Below are positions 1 to 7,845 of a stretch of 30,812 nucleotides of DNA, one piece after another (positions within the stretch are counted from its first letter, which is position 1; every line of letters starts with the position of its first letter). The translations under genes were made by a program, and so were the position numbers. The DNA is from a virus (taxonomy: Duplodnaviria; Caudoviricetes). The notes under the pieces were generated by a model. That model saw nothing but the letters and a program-made list of their open reading frames with translations. It was not told where the DNA came from and searched no databases. Location of the stretch: IMG/VR virus record IMGVR_UViG_3300037697_000016, positions 1-30,812 of that record, one strand, 5' to 3'.

Positions 1-318
1 TGCGACCCCGTTCATGCCGTCGAGCGCGCTTTTCAAATAGTTGTCCGTGTCGGGCCGCTTGGTCGGATGCACGAATCCCACCAGAGCCTCTGTGCGCCGT
101 TTGTTGGACCACGATTGAGGCACGGGCAGCACAACGATGATCTCGGCCGACAGCGCGCCGATTAGCGGGCTTGCCGCGGACTTTGCGCAGTAGAAGCGCA
201 CGAGGTTTTCATACGTGGCTGTCTTAACCGGCGTGTGCATGCCTATTCCGGCGCCAGTTCGGAAGGCTCTCGGCCTGCCCTTTGCCACCGGTGCGCCGGG
301 GACGACGAACTCGATCAC
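1..318 (-). CDS. rusA: RusA-family Holliday junction resolvase (3' end runs off the window)
   Basis: Not in the ORF track. My translation from GTG at 318 is MIEFVVPGAPVAKGRPR...PTKRPDTDNYLKSALDGMNGVA, with the RusA (K/R)PDxDNxxKxxxD motif. GTGA overlap with the upstream gene. Confidence 0.85.
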   Translation of the reverse strand, partial: MIEFVVPGAPVAKGRPRAFRTGAGIGMHTPVKTATYENLVRFYCAKSAASPLIGALSAEIIVVLPVPQSWSNKRRTEALVGFVHPTKRPDTDNYLKSALDGMNGVA

Positions 319-521
319 GGCGCCCCCACGTCCCGCACCACGAACCGATCGGATTTCCCGTTCCGCGTCGCATCGACGACCACGCCATCGATGAACTCGC
401 TCGCGAACGGGTACGTTTTCCCGTGGTCGGTAACCCTCCCGCCGCGAATCACCGAAATCACGTACTGCAGCGCCTGGATGTCGCTGCGGGATGAGTCGTT
501 CTGGATGATGATTTTGCTCAC
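315..521 (-). CDS. Hypothetical phage protein (68 aa, MSKIIIQND...)
   Basis: GTG at 521 overlaps the upstream stop (GTGA), with GGAGG upstream; its own stop overlaps the rusA start. Confidence 0.65.
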   Translation of the reverse strand: MSKIIIQNDSSRSDIQALQYVISVIRGGRVTDHGKTYPFASEFIDGVVVDATRNGKSDRFVVRDVGAP

Positions 522-829
522 GCCGCCTCCTTTGCCGATGCCATCTCCGCGCGGATGCGCTCGGACCGGGATTGATCCGCCTGCCTGTCCTGCGCCATCT
601 GCCGGAAGTGCGCCGCTGCGCAGTCCATCCAGCCCTTGTCCGCCTTGCGTGACTGGATGGCACTCGCGGCTTCTGCGTATCCGTCGGAGAGTTCCTGTTC
701 CGTAATCTCCCCGGCCGCCCGCCACTGGCGCCATACCGCTTTGAAGTCGGCACGGAACTGCTCGATCGCATCCGCTCGTCCCTGTACGTTCGCCTTGGCG
801 CGCAGTGCTTCCATCCCTGCGACGGTCAT
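518..829 (-). CDS. Hypothetical phage protein (103 aa, MTVAGMEALRAK...)
   Basis: ATG at 829 overlaps the helicase stop (ATGA). Helical composition, ending in KEAA like many lambdoid early genes. Confidence 0.7.
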   Translation of the reverse strand: MTVAGMEALRAKANVQGRADAIEQFRADFKAVWRQWRAAGEITEQELSDGYAEAASAIQSRKADKGWMDCAAAHFRQMAQDRQADQSRSERIRAEMASAKEAA

Positions 830-1758
830 GCTCTCGGCCTCAGCAGATCCATCGGGAGTCCGTTCGGCATCTCGACGAACTGCAGGCTGGCAGGGTCGAA
901 CCAGAACCCGAGCCGGCCTTCCCAGTCTCCATTTCGCTGCTTGTCGCAAATCAGCATCGCGTCCGGCTCGCCGCGCAGTTCCTCGAGCTTCGACTGGTCC
1001 CGGATCGTGCGCATCAACTCTTCCTTGGGTTTGTTGCGCCACCAGATGAGCACGTTATCGACCTGATCCGTGATTGACCCGGCGCCGCGGACATCCATCT
1101 TTCTGGGAGGCTTGCTTTCGTCCTCTTTCTTTTTCGAGTGGGCGACCAGATGCACATGCATTCCGGTGTCTCGCGCAACGGTGCAGACGCGGTCGACGAA
1201 GTGCTTCTGCGCCTGGTAGTCCTCATCGGAGATGCCGCACTTCAGGAACGAGTCGATCACGAAGTGCGTGCATTTCTTGACCGTCGCGCAGTAGCCCATG
1301 ACGCCGATCACTTTGTCGGGCGACACCATGCCCTGCTGGTCATAGATCCAAATCCACTTGTCGGTCATCGAATGGAAATCTCGGATCATGTCCGGGTCCG
1401 GCTTGCTCGAGCCGAACGCCTGACGGCACATCCTGGCGAGCGTCACCACCGGGCGCATTTCGAACGACGCGATGCACATCCGCTGCGCTTGGGTGAGCAG
1501 GCCGATGCAGGACTGGCCCAGTGCGAGGCTCTTACCGTGACCATTGAATCCCGACCAGATCGTCACTTCCGCCGGGCGGAACGAAATCTTCCCGACTGCC
1601 TTGTCCCACGGCAGTTGTTGCCCGCGATCAACCTTCTCGGACCAGAAATAATCGACCACATCCTCGGAATACTGGCCCGACGAGATCACCCGATGGTCGT
1701 GCTCGGTCAGGTCCATGTACGCGGTGAAGTCGATATCGTCGCTGATGAAATTCGCCAC
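826..1758 (-). CDS. DnaB/T7 gp4-like SF4 replicative helicase
   Basis: Walker A SGFNGHGKS, Walker B HFVIDS, HLVAH, DVRGAGSITDQVD and KQRNG motifs. Start re-assigned to GTG 1758, which overlaps the upstream TAG. Confidence 0.9.
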   Translation of the reverse strand: MANFISDDIDFTAYMDLTEHDHRVISSGQYSEDVVDYFWSEKVDRGQQLPWDKAVGKISFRPAEVTIWSGFNGHGKSLALGQSCIGLLTQAQRMCIASFEMRPVVTLARMCRQAFGSSKPDPDMIRDFHSMTDKWIWIYDQQGMVSPDKVIGVMGYCATVKKCTHFVIDSFLKCGISDEDYQAQKHFVDRVCTVARDTGMHVHLVAHSKKKEDESKPPRKMDVRGAGSITDQVDNVLIWWRNKPKEELMRTIRDQSKLEELRGEPDAMLICDKQRNGDWEGRLGFWFDPASLQFVEMPNGLPMDLLRPRA

Positions 1759-2111
1759 TACGCAGCCCTCCGCTCGCCGAACTTGCGCCACCCCGTTCCG
1801 CGCTCCCAAACGTGTCCCAGGTCGTCCGCGTCGTCGCTCGACAGCACCGTCAAGCGGGCGGCCTGCGCACACAGCAGTTCCGTCGCGGCTCGCAGCCGGG
1901 CATCCCGCCGCCATGCGATCAGGATCACGTCGCAGCCCACCAGCGGCCGGAAGTCCATCCGGGCTACAGCCATGTCGTCAGGGATGACGATCTCGACCGG
2001 CGTGCCATCGGCCCACCAGGGAAATTGCGGCACGTTGCCGAGCGTCACGAACGTCACCGCCGGCTTTGCGCCTTGCGACCGGGCTTTTGCCAGCACGTCG
2101 AGGGCGCGCAT
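1758..2111 (-). CDS. Hypothetical protein between initiator and helicase (about 117 aa)
   Basis: TGATG coupling to the initiator stop at 2111; fills the operon gap exactly. Confidence 0.65.
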   Translation of the reverse strand: MRALDVLAKARSQGAKPAVTFVTLGNVPQFPWWADGTPVEIVIPDDMAVARMDFRPLVGCDVILIAWRRDARLRAATELLCAQAARLTVLSSDDADDLGHVWERGTGWRKFGERRAA

Positions 2112-2860
2112 CACTCGCACCCCGCGAACGGGTTAAAGGCGCCGTTCATCGGCCGGCTGTCCGGGTCGTCTTCCCACCGGCGCTCGTTGATCCAGGTCGC
2201 CGGGTGCGGAATGAACTGCCCGCCGTCCTTCCGCCATTGCTCTGTTGCTCGAGCGCGTTCGATGGCTTGCAAGACGTTCGGCAGCAAAGCGATTCCGATC
2301 TTCGCCTTGCGGAACGATTTCTCCGCCGCTCCCTTTCCGGCCTTCCGGGGGTACGTCGCCCAAAACTCAGCGAAGCCGTCAGGCGAAGCGGGAGGGTTTA
2401 CTTCTTGTCTACTCTTCTCTTCTCTAGGTGTTTCTTGGCGTTCCATGGCGTTACATGGCGTTTCATCGTCTAGCTTGGCGTTACATGGCGTTTCACCAGC
2501 AGACCGAGCACGCAACGCCCGAACCCGATCCGTGCTCTTGTCGTTCTCGCGCTCTCGCTTCGGCTGGCGTTTGTCCCATGACGAAATGCGTCCGTCCTCA
2601 TCGAATAATCCGCGGCCCGACATCGCCCCAATGATTCGAGCCGTTACGCCATCATCCAGTCCGAGCGCGCAATCGATGGACTCGCAATCCTGATCTCCGG
2701 GGTTGCCTCGATCTTCCGACATGCTCGCGGCCTCGAGGATGGTTGCCCAAACGGCAATGACTTCTGCAACGCTCGCCGACGCCTTTCGGGCAACGAGCTG
2801 GAATTTCTGGTCCGTCACGCTGCCGTGGTGCCAGCGGAACCAATCGATCCCTGACGCCAT
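2111..2860 (-). CDS. Phage replication initiator (lambda O-analogous)
   Basis: N-terminal WFRWHHGSVTDQKF, a repetitive linker (ETPCNA twice) and C-terminal FAEFWATYPRKAGK...FIPHPATWINERRWED. Sits upstream of the helicase and carries internal iterons. Confidence 0.8.
   Translation of the reverse strand: MASGIDWFRWHHGSVTDQKFQLVARKASASVAEVIAVWATILEAASMSEDRGNPGDQDCESIDCALGLDDGVTARIIGAMSGRGLFDEDGRISSWDKRQPKRERENDKSTDRVRALRARSAGETPCNAKLDDETPCNAMERQETPREEKSRQEVNPPASPDGFAEFWATYPRKAGKGAAEKSFRKAKIGIALLPNVLQAIERARATEQWRKDGGQFIPHPATWINERRWEDDPDSRPMNGAFNPFAGCE
2398..2495. repeat. Putative replication origin: 10-bp-phased (T/A)TGGCGTT(A/T/C)C iterons next to a pyrimidine-rich tract
   Basis: Copies at 2435, 2445, 2455, 2475 and 2485, inside the initiator gene as with lambda ori in O; CT-rich run at 2398-2425. 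Confidence 0.6.
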
Positions 2861-3039
2861 CAGCCAATGCCCCTTTGCCGTTCCATTCTTGCCACCTCTT
2901 CGGGGCTTCGTTGCTGGATGAGATCGCGCATCGCCGCTTCATGCTTCCGTCGCTCTGCGGGCGTTCTTGCGGACAGCAGAGCACGAAGCGCCTCTTCGAT
3001 TCGGCGCTGGTGCATGAGGTCGCGGATCTGGATGAGCAT
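2860..3039 (-). CDS. Small hypothetical protein (59 aa, MLIQIRDLMHQRRIEEALR...)
   Basis: Below the ORF-track cutoff. TGATG overlaps at both ends (3039 with the MTase stop, 2860 with the initiator start). Confidence 0.6.
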   Translation of the reverse strand: MLIQIRDLMHQRRIEEALRALLSARTPAERRKHEAAMRDLIQQRSPEEVARMERQRGIG

Positions 3040-3968
3040 CAGGCGGGATCGCCCAAATCAAACAGCCCGCCGTGCGATGCGCGCGCCTGCCCGATGTTCT
3101 TGCAGGCCTGCTTGAAATACGCCGCCTTGAGCTCCGATCCGACAAACTTCCGGCCGGTCTTGATCGCCATGTACCCGGTCGATCCGATGCCGCTGTACGG
3201 GTCGAAAATCACATCGCCCGGGTTGCTCCACAGGTGAATAGCGCGCTCGATCAAGTCGAGAGCCATCGGGCATACGTGCCGTTCGTCCTCGGCTTCGCGG
3301 GCCGCTTTGGCGTTCAACGTGTTGCTGAAGTTGATGTCCATCCAGACGGGCGACGCGTAGCGCCTCCACCGCTCATGCGACAGGGTTCCGTGCGTCGGCT
3401 CGTTCTCGCCGACGAAGTACTCCAGCCCGCTCTGATGCGCGACCGGCTCTGGGTTCTCGCCGTCCTTGCGGAAGGCCAGCAGGTATTGCGGGATGCCGGC
3501 TCTCGATCGCGTCGAGTCCTTGCAGAGCTGCTTGTGCATCAGCCCGAGCGCCTTTGTGCGCGTCGCCTCGATCAGCGGGTCTTTCCAAGCGCAATGCTCG
3601 GAATGGAAAATGAAGCCTTTCTTCTGAAACGCCCGGATGATGTCGCCGCGGAAATCCTTGAGCCCGATGTATCCGTCGCGCTCTTTCATCGCCGGGATGT
3701 TCATGACGTCGACGCAGACGATCCGGCCGGGCATGGTCGCGCGGTGAAGGCCGGCAACCAGGTAATCGAAATGCTCGTAGAACTGCGCGTCACTCGCCGC
3801 ATTGCCCATGTCGCGATCCGAGTTCGAATACGTGTAGAGCGACGCGTAGGGCGGCGAAAAGATGCTCAGGTGCAGCGAGTTTTCCGGCAACGAATTGACG
3901 ACTTCTACGCAGTCCGCATTCCAGAGCGTCCAGTTGTCGCCGCTCGCCTGATCCAGTACGCGGCTCAT
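3039..3968 (-). CDS. Beta-class amino-DNA methyltransferase (N4-C/N6-A family)
   Basis: Motif IV FSPPY precedes motif I DPYSGIGST (beta order); also HVCPM, WSNPGD and GSELK. Start MSRVLDQ at 3968 (ATGA overlap). Confidence 0.9.
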   Translation of the reverse strand: MSRVLDQASGDNWTLWNADCVEVVNSLPENSLHLSIFSPPYASLYTYSNSDRDMGNAASDAQFYEHFDYLVAGLHRATMPGRIVCVDVMNIPAMKERDGYIGLKDFRGDIIRAFQKKGFIFHSEHCAWKDPLIEATRTKALGLMHKQLCKDSTRSRAGIPQYLLAFRKDGENPEPVAHQSGLEYFVGENEPTHGTLSHERWRRYASPVWMDINFSNTLNAKAAREAEDERHVCPMALDLIERAIHLWSNPGDVIFDPYSGIGSTGYMAIKTGRKFVGSELKAAYFKQACKNIGQARASHGGLFDLGDPA

Positions 3969-5341
3969 GCTGCCACCCTCATCCATGCCGGAATCGCCAT
4001 CGGTACGGACGGCAGGTAGTCGGTCTTGTTGCGCATCGAGGATCCGTGCAGCGCAGCCGCATTCAGGTCTTTCATGTGCGCAATCATGTTGTCGTAGGTC
4101 TCTTCGGCTTCGCGCTCTTTGCGCTTGATGTTCGAGACGACGGCGCCCTCGGTCTCGGCCGTGATGACATGCACGCTCACCGGGCGTGTCTGCCCGAAGC
4201 GCCAGCACCGGCGAATGGACTGGTAGAGCTGTTCGTAGGAATCGGACAGGCCGACGAATGCCATGTCCGCGCAGTGCTGCAGGTTCAGGCCAAGGCCGGC
4301 AATGCGCGGCTTGCTGACCATCACGCGGTGACGACCATCGAGGAATCCGACGATCGCATCTTCCTTGTGCGCGTCCGTGTCGCTGCCGCGGACTTCGACC
4401 GCATCAGGGATCGCGGCGGCAAGCTGGCTGCTCTCGTCGTTGAGGTTGCACCAGACTAGGAACGGCTGATCGCTCGCATTGACCAGCTCGGCGCAGGCCC
4501 GTACGCGGTCGGAGATGCTGTCGCGGCGGGCCGCCTGCCTCTCCTGAAGCGTCTGCGCTTCGAGCGCGAACAGATAGCCGCTCGTCGGCGACTGCACCTT
4601 GATGCAGTGCTCGTGCATTGACAGCGGCGGCAGAACAAAGCCATCGTCGCTGTACCCGAGGTCGGACGGCTTGCGGATCATCACCGCCCATGACGCCATC
4701 CATTCCCAAAACGCCTTTTGCGCATGGCCCTTGACGCGCCATTTCGACGTATCTCCACCGTCGTGGGTGAAGTACATCGCCAGCATTTCGCTGCGCGTCA
4801 TCACGCCCAGGAATTCCGCCTGCGTGCCGAGCTCCATCACGTCATTGGGCGCGGGCGTAGCCGACGAGCACAGCCGGAACGGCGCCGCCTTGAACGCATC
4901 GATCAGCCAGTTGCAATAAGCCCCGGCAGAGTTCTTCAGGATCGACGACTCATCCAGCGCGACGGCGCCGAACTGCTCGATGTGGAAGTTCTCGAGTCGT
5001 TCATAGTTCGTCACCGTGATCCGCTTCGTAACGCCGGCCTGATCCTTCGCATACGCCAGATCGATGCCGAACTTCTCGGCCTCGCGAACGAACTGGTGTG
5101 CGACCGCAAGCGGCGCGGCGATGATGCATTCGTGCGGCTGCTTGTCCGCCCACTCCATCTGCATCGGGCCTTTGCCGATTCCGCAGTCTGCAAACAGAGC
5201 TGCGCGACCACGGCGCAGCGCCCACCGGACCATATCCGCCTGATGCTCGTACAGCATCGGGTTCAGCGCAGGCACGTGCGACAACCCGGTGTCCGGGTCC
5301 GTCGTCATCTTGCGCTTGAGAAATTCCGTGTAATCGTTCAT
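3965..5341 (-). CDS. SF2 (SNF2-like) helicase/ATPase
   Basis: LYEHQ Q-motif, ADCGIGKG (motif I), DESS (II), SATP (III), GLNLQ (V), QSIRRCWRFGQ (VI). GGAGG before ATG 5341; alternative in-frame ATG at 5404. Confidence 0.85.
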   Translation of the reverse strand: MNDYTEFLKRKMTTDPDTGLSHVPALNPMLYEHQADMVRWALRRGRAALFADCGIGKGPMQMEWADKQPHECIIAAPLAVAHQFVREAEKFGIDLAYAKDQAGVTKRITVTNYERLENFHIEQFGAVALDESSILKNSAGAYCNWLIDAFKAAPFRLCSSATPAPNDVMELGTQAEFLGVMTRSEMLAMYFTHDGGDTSKWRVKGHAQKAFWEWMASWAVMIRKPSDLGYSDDGFVLPPLSMHEHCIKVQSPTSGYLFALEAQTLQERQAARRDSISDRVRACAELVNASDQPFLVWCNLNDESSQLAAAIPDAVEVRGSDTDAHKEDAIVGFLDGRHRVMVSKPRIAGLGLNLQHCADMAFVGLSDSYEQLYQSIRRCWRFGQTRPVSVHVITAETEGAVVSNIKRKEREAEETYDNMIAHMKDLNAAALHGSSMRNKTDYLPSVPMAIPAWMRVAA

Positions 5342-5405
5342 CCTTCCTCCGTCGTATTGACGGGCCCCGAGGTGTTCTCGCACCGATGACGGGCCCGTTT
5401 CCATT

Positions 5406-5531
5406 TCAGCCGGCCATCACCAAGCCGGTCCAGACCACCCAGGCTCCGAACCAGATCGCCGAGCCCATGCAGATCATCAGCAGCACGGCGATCCACTTGA
5501 GCGCGCGGTCTTCGGTGTGGGGGTTGCGCAT
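5406..5531 (-). CDS. Small single-pass membrane peptide (41 aa, MRNPHTEDRALKWIAVLLMICMGSAIWFGAWVVWTGLVMAG)
   Basis: TGATG coupling to the upstream gene and a long hydrophobic stretch. Confidence 0.5.
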   Translation of the reverse strand: MRNPHTEDRALKWIAVLLMICMGSAIWFGAWVVWTGLVMAG

Positions 5532-5944
5532 CACGCCCGGACTCCCTTGAGTACGTCCATCGCCCACTGGAGCTTCTTCTCGGCTTCGGCTGCACGGACC
5601 TCTGCGGCTTCGGCTCGGCGCTCTGCTTCGGACTTGAGCATCACCAGACCGCAGCCGACTTGATAGGCCAGCCACTCCGGATAGATGGTGTTGCCGACGA
5701 TCCGGCAGAAGTCCGAGACGGAATTCCAGCACAGGCTGTTCTTGCCGCTCTTGATGCGCGAGAACGTCGCCGGGTCGATTCCGAGGGGGATGAAAATCTC
5801 TTTGTCGTCGAGCCCTGATGCGTCGCACGCGAGGCTGAAAGCCGCGCCGGCGCTCTTCTTGCCGTGAATGATCTCGACCGGAACAGAGACCCCGCTTACG
5901 TGTCGCGAAAGGGCTAGTTCGCCCTGTAGATCATTGACCGTCAT
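5531..5944 (-). CDS. CII-like HTH regulatory protein
   Basis: Directly after cro and its terminator (the cII position). HTH-like segment LDDKEIFIPLGIDPATFSRIKSG and a C-terminal coiled coil. Start ATG 5944. Confidence 0.6.
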   Translation of the reverse strand: MTVNDLQGELALSRHVSGVSVPVEIIHGKKSAGAAFSLACDASGLDDKEIFIPLGIDPATFSRIKSGKNSLCWNSVSDFCRIVGNTIYPEWLAYQVGCGLVMLKSEAERRAEAAEVRAAEAEKKLQWAMDVLKGVRA

Positions 5945-5978
5945 TTCAATTGATCCGCGTTGAGGAACGATTCGGTGT

Positions 5979-6017
5979 AAAAAAAAGGTGCAGGCCAGCC
6001 ACTTGACTGGCCTGCAC
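5979..6017 (-). terminator. Intrinsic terminator between cro and cII (tR1 position)
   Basis: 11-bp perfect stem GTGCAGGCCAG/CTGGCCTGCAC (5988-5998 and 6007-6017), followed on the minus strand by 8 T. Confidence 0.8.
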
Positions 6018-6055
6018 GGAACGCCCAAGGAGGGCGGGGAGGAGACGGGGATGCA

Positions 6056-6289
6056 TCAGGCGGATGCCTTGCGCCGACGACTGGAAGACCTCATCGCAGA
6101 GGGGAGTCCGTCGTCTTGGTGCGGGTACAGATCCGGCCTGAGCTGGTTTGGGGTCACAGTCCAGCCGGTCGCCCTCGAAACGTCGAGAACTCGGTCTGCC
6201 GGAACGGAATCCCACTTGTAGACGGCCTGCACTGAAATGCTCAGCTGCTTGGCTAAATCTACGTTCGAGATAGGAAGTTGAATGCTCAT
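6056..6289 (-). CDS. cro: Cro-like (YdaS-family) HTH regulator
   Basis: LAKQLSISVQAVYKW HTH and the C-terminal VPADRVLDVSRATGWTVTPNQLRPDLY pattern; divergent from the repressor. Confidence 0.85.
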   Translation of the reverse strand: MSIQLPISNVDLAKQLSISVQAVYKWDSVPADRVLDVSRATGWTVTPNQLRPDLYPHQDDGLPSAMRSSSRRRKASA

Positions 6290-6296
6290 GCTCGCT

Positions 6297-6325
6297 ATTC
6301 AACCATACGTTGAACAAAAGTGCAA
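6297..6325 (-). promoter_or_regulatory. PR-like sigma70 promoter for cro
   Basis: Minus strand TTGCAC-17 bp-TTGAAT, nearly identical to the promoter at 7656-7684 and overlapped by an operator. Confidence 0.65.
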
Positions 6326-6369
6326 CCAGTTCAACCTGCCGTATGTTCCGTTTTCAACCTCCTGTTGGC
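6298..6369. promoter_or_regulatory. OR operator cluster (17-bp TTCAAC-N5-GTTGAA)
   Basis: Perfect TTCAACCATACGTTGAA at 6298-6314, TTCAACCTCCTGTTGGC at 6353-6369, and a half-site at 6330. Confidence 0.75.
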
Positions 6370-6380
6370 AGGATCACCGA

Positions 6381-6977
6381 ATGGTGAAGAGTTCCGTCGG
6401 GATCGCGATAAAAGAGGCGCTTCTCTTGCTCGGTGAGAGTCAGCGCTGGCTTGCCGAGCGCGTCGGGGTTTCGGACAACGCGGTCTCGAAGTGGGTCAAG
6501 AGCGGGAAGCTCGACAAGAAGCACATCCCGCTAGTGTCCGAAGTGCTTCATCTCAGCGTAGAGGTGCTGATCGGCGCGTCGCCATCGGCCGGCCGGACAT
6601 CACCAACGGCCAGGGATCTGCCGGTTCTGCGAGCTGTCAAAGCCACAGAGGGCAACATCGATGCCCGCATGCTCGCTGCCCACGTCGACATGCTGCGCAA
6701 AAGCGCTCAATACATCGCAGATCAGTTCGGCACAAGCGCAGACAATGTTCTGCTGTCGGCGATGTCTGACAGCAGGAAGGGTGCAGTCAAGTCTGGCGAG
6801 GAGTGGGGCGATGCATGGAGATGGACCATGACGCCAGGAACCGAGCGGGCGCTTCCGCGACCGACCATGGAGGGGAGCCATGAAGAATTTCAGGCCGAGA
6901 GCGATCCGTCAGCCGGCAAGGATGCGCAGGAAAGGAGGAAAGAGGAGCGGCGCAACATCGACCGTCGATCGCTATGA
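6381..6977 (+). CDS. CI-like XRE repressor without S24 peptidase domain
   Basis: N-terminal HTH SQRWLAERVGVSDNAVSKW, divergent from cro. No recognisable LexA/S24 catalytic region. Start taken as ATG 6381. Confidence 0.8.
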   Translation: MVKSSVGIAIKEALLLLGESQRWLAERVGVSDNAVSKWVKSGKLDKKHIPLVSEVLHLSVEVLIGASPSAGRTSPTARDLPVLRAVKATEGNIDARMLAAHVDMLRKSAQYIADQFGTSADNVLLSAMSDSRKGAVKSGEEWGDAWRWTMTPGTERALPRPTMEGSHEEFQAESDPSAGKDAQERRKEERRNIDRRSL

Positions 6978-7225
6978 GCAGGGTCGAGACGACAGGGGTC
7001 GTCCGTGCGCTTGAACTCGCGCTAGACCATGCCAGAAGCGGGCACTATTCAGGCGTGACCATCATTGGATATTCTGGCGACGGTGGATGGGACACCCGCA
7101 ATGCAGGTTCAATCATGCGGACGCCATCAACCGGCGTAGCTGCTGCGTTCATCCTCGCATCGCAGTTCGCCAAGAAGATGGAAACAGAGGTGCTTGTTGC
7201 CTCGCACGCAGACCGGAGAGCTTGA
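6974..7225 (+). CDS. Small hypothetical protein A (83 aa), paralog of 7225-7485
   Basis: ATGA overlap with the repressor stop; aligns without gaps to the next ORF. Confidence 0.7.
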   Translation: MSRVETTGVVRALELALDHARSGHYSGVTIIGYSGDGGWDTRNAGSIMRTPSTGVAAAFILASQFAKKMETEVLVASHADRRA

Positions 7226-7485
7226 TGGTAACGACGACAGAAAAGAGTGACCAGATGGTTCCGGATCGCGAGCTGGTCAAAACGCTTGAAACCCTCCTTA
7301 GGCAGGCCAAGTCCGGCGAGCTCGAGGGGTTTGCCGCCGCCTTGTTACTGCATGGTAGCAGAGTTGGCATGACGATCTCGCGGGAGGCGAGGGGCGCCCC
7401 ATCGACGACGATTGGGGTGTTGTGGCAGATTCAGCACCGGATACAGGCCCACCTCGACGAGCCCTTTCATTCCATAGAACAATAG
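7225..7485 (+). CDS. Small hypothetical protein B (86 aa), paralog of 6974-7225
   Basis: TGATG overlap at 7225; shares V-x-x-LE-x-x-L-x-x-A(R/K)SG-x-x-x-G...PST with protein A. Confidence 0.7.
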   Translation: MVTTTEKSDQMVPDRELVKTLETLLRQAKSGELEGFAAALLLHGSRVGMTISREARGAPSTTIGVLWQIQHRIQAHLDEPFHSIEQ

Positions 7486-7643
7486 TCATTTCCCCTCCGT
7501 AGTCATCCAGTAATGATGCCCCAAGAAGTGGCTAGAGGGCGTTAAGAAAGTCACACGTCACCCGTCAGCTCGACACAGAATCCGTAGTTACCCCGCCTGC
7601 ACTGCACCGGCGATGTTCGTCGGCATCTTCGCTTCACGATATT

Positions 7644-7684
7644 TTCAACTTGCGGTTGCATTTCAATTCAACCTATGGTGTAAT
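7644..7684 (+). promoter_or_regulatory. PL-like promoter with two OL operators
   Basis: TTGCAT(7656)-17 bp-TGTAAT(7679). Operators TTCAACTTGCGGTTGCA (7644-7660) and TTCAACCTATGGTGTAA (7667-7683) match the OR consensus. Confidence 0.75.
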
Positions 7685-7725
7685 GCAGTCACAGCAACGC
7701 CACACAGAACCACCGGAGCCCCTAC

Positions 7726-7845
7726 ATGCAAATCCCCGCACCCCGCCCCGCCCCGACGGGCTTTGACGCGGCCATCGCCGCAATGATGATCCTGCAGTAC
7801 GGCAGCCTTGCCGCCGCGTTCGCCGCAGCTCCGAAGCGGTCGTGA
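7726..7845 (+). CDS. Micropeptide (39 aa, MQIPAPRPAPTGFDAAIAAMMILQYGSLAAAFAAAPKRS)
   Basis: First ATG after PL, with GGAG at 7715; its stop overlaps the next start (TGATG). Confidence 0.45.
   Translation: MQIPAPRPAPTGFDAAIAAMMILQYGSLAAAFAAAPKRS

Noticed and set aside
3039-5341. Type III restriction-modification or BREX/DISARM-like defence system
   Set aside because: No nuclease domain or accessory defence genes, and the pair is embedded in the lytic early operon.
235-5389. Long plus-strand ORFs (e.g. 1138-2136, 1812-2693, 3072-4019, 4718-5389)
   Set aside because: They are antisense shadows of well-supported minus-strand genes in GC-rich DNA, with no motifs.
6282-6380. Longer N-terminus for the repressor as given in the ORF track (start 6282)
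   Set aside because: It would overlap the cro start and run through the operator/promoter region; ATG 6381 puts the HTH at the N-terminus.
7298-7500. Minus-strand 63-aa ORF with a strong GGAGG before ATG 7489
   Set aside because: It lies entirely antisense to paralog B, whose frame is supported by homology to paralog A, and the product looks like shadow sequence. A short regulatory or antisense role cannot be excluded.
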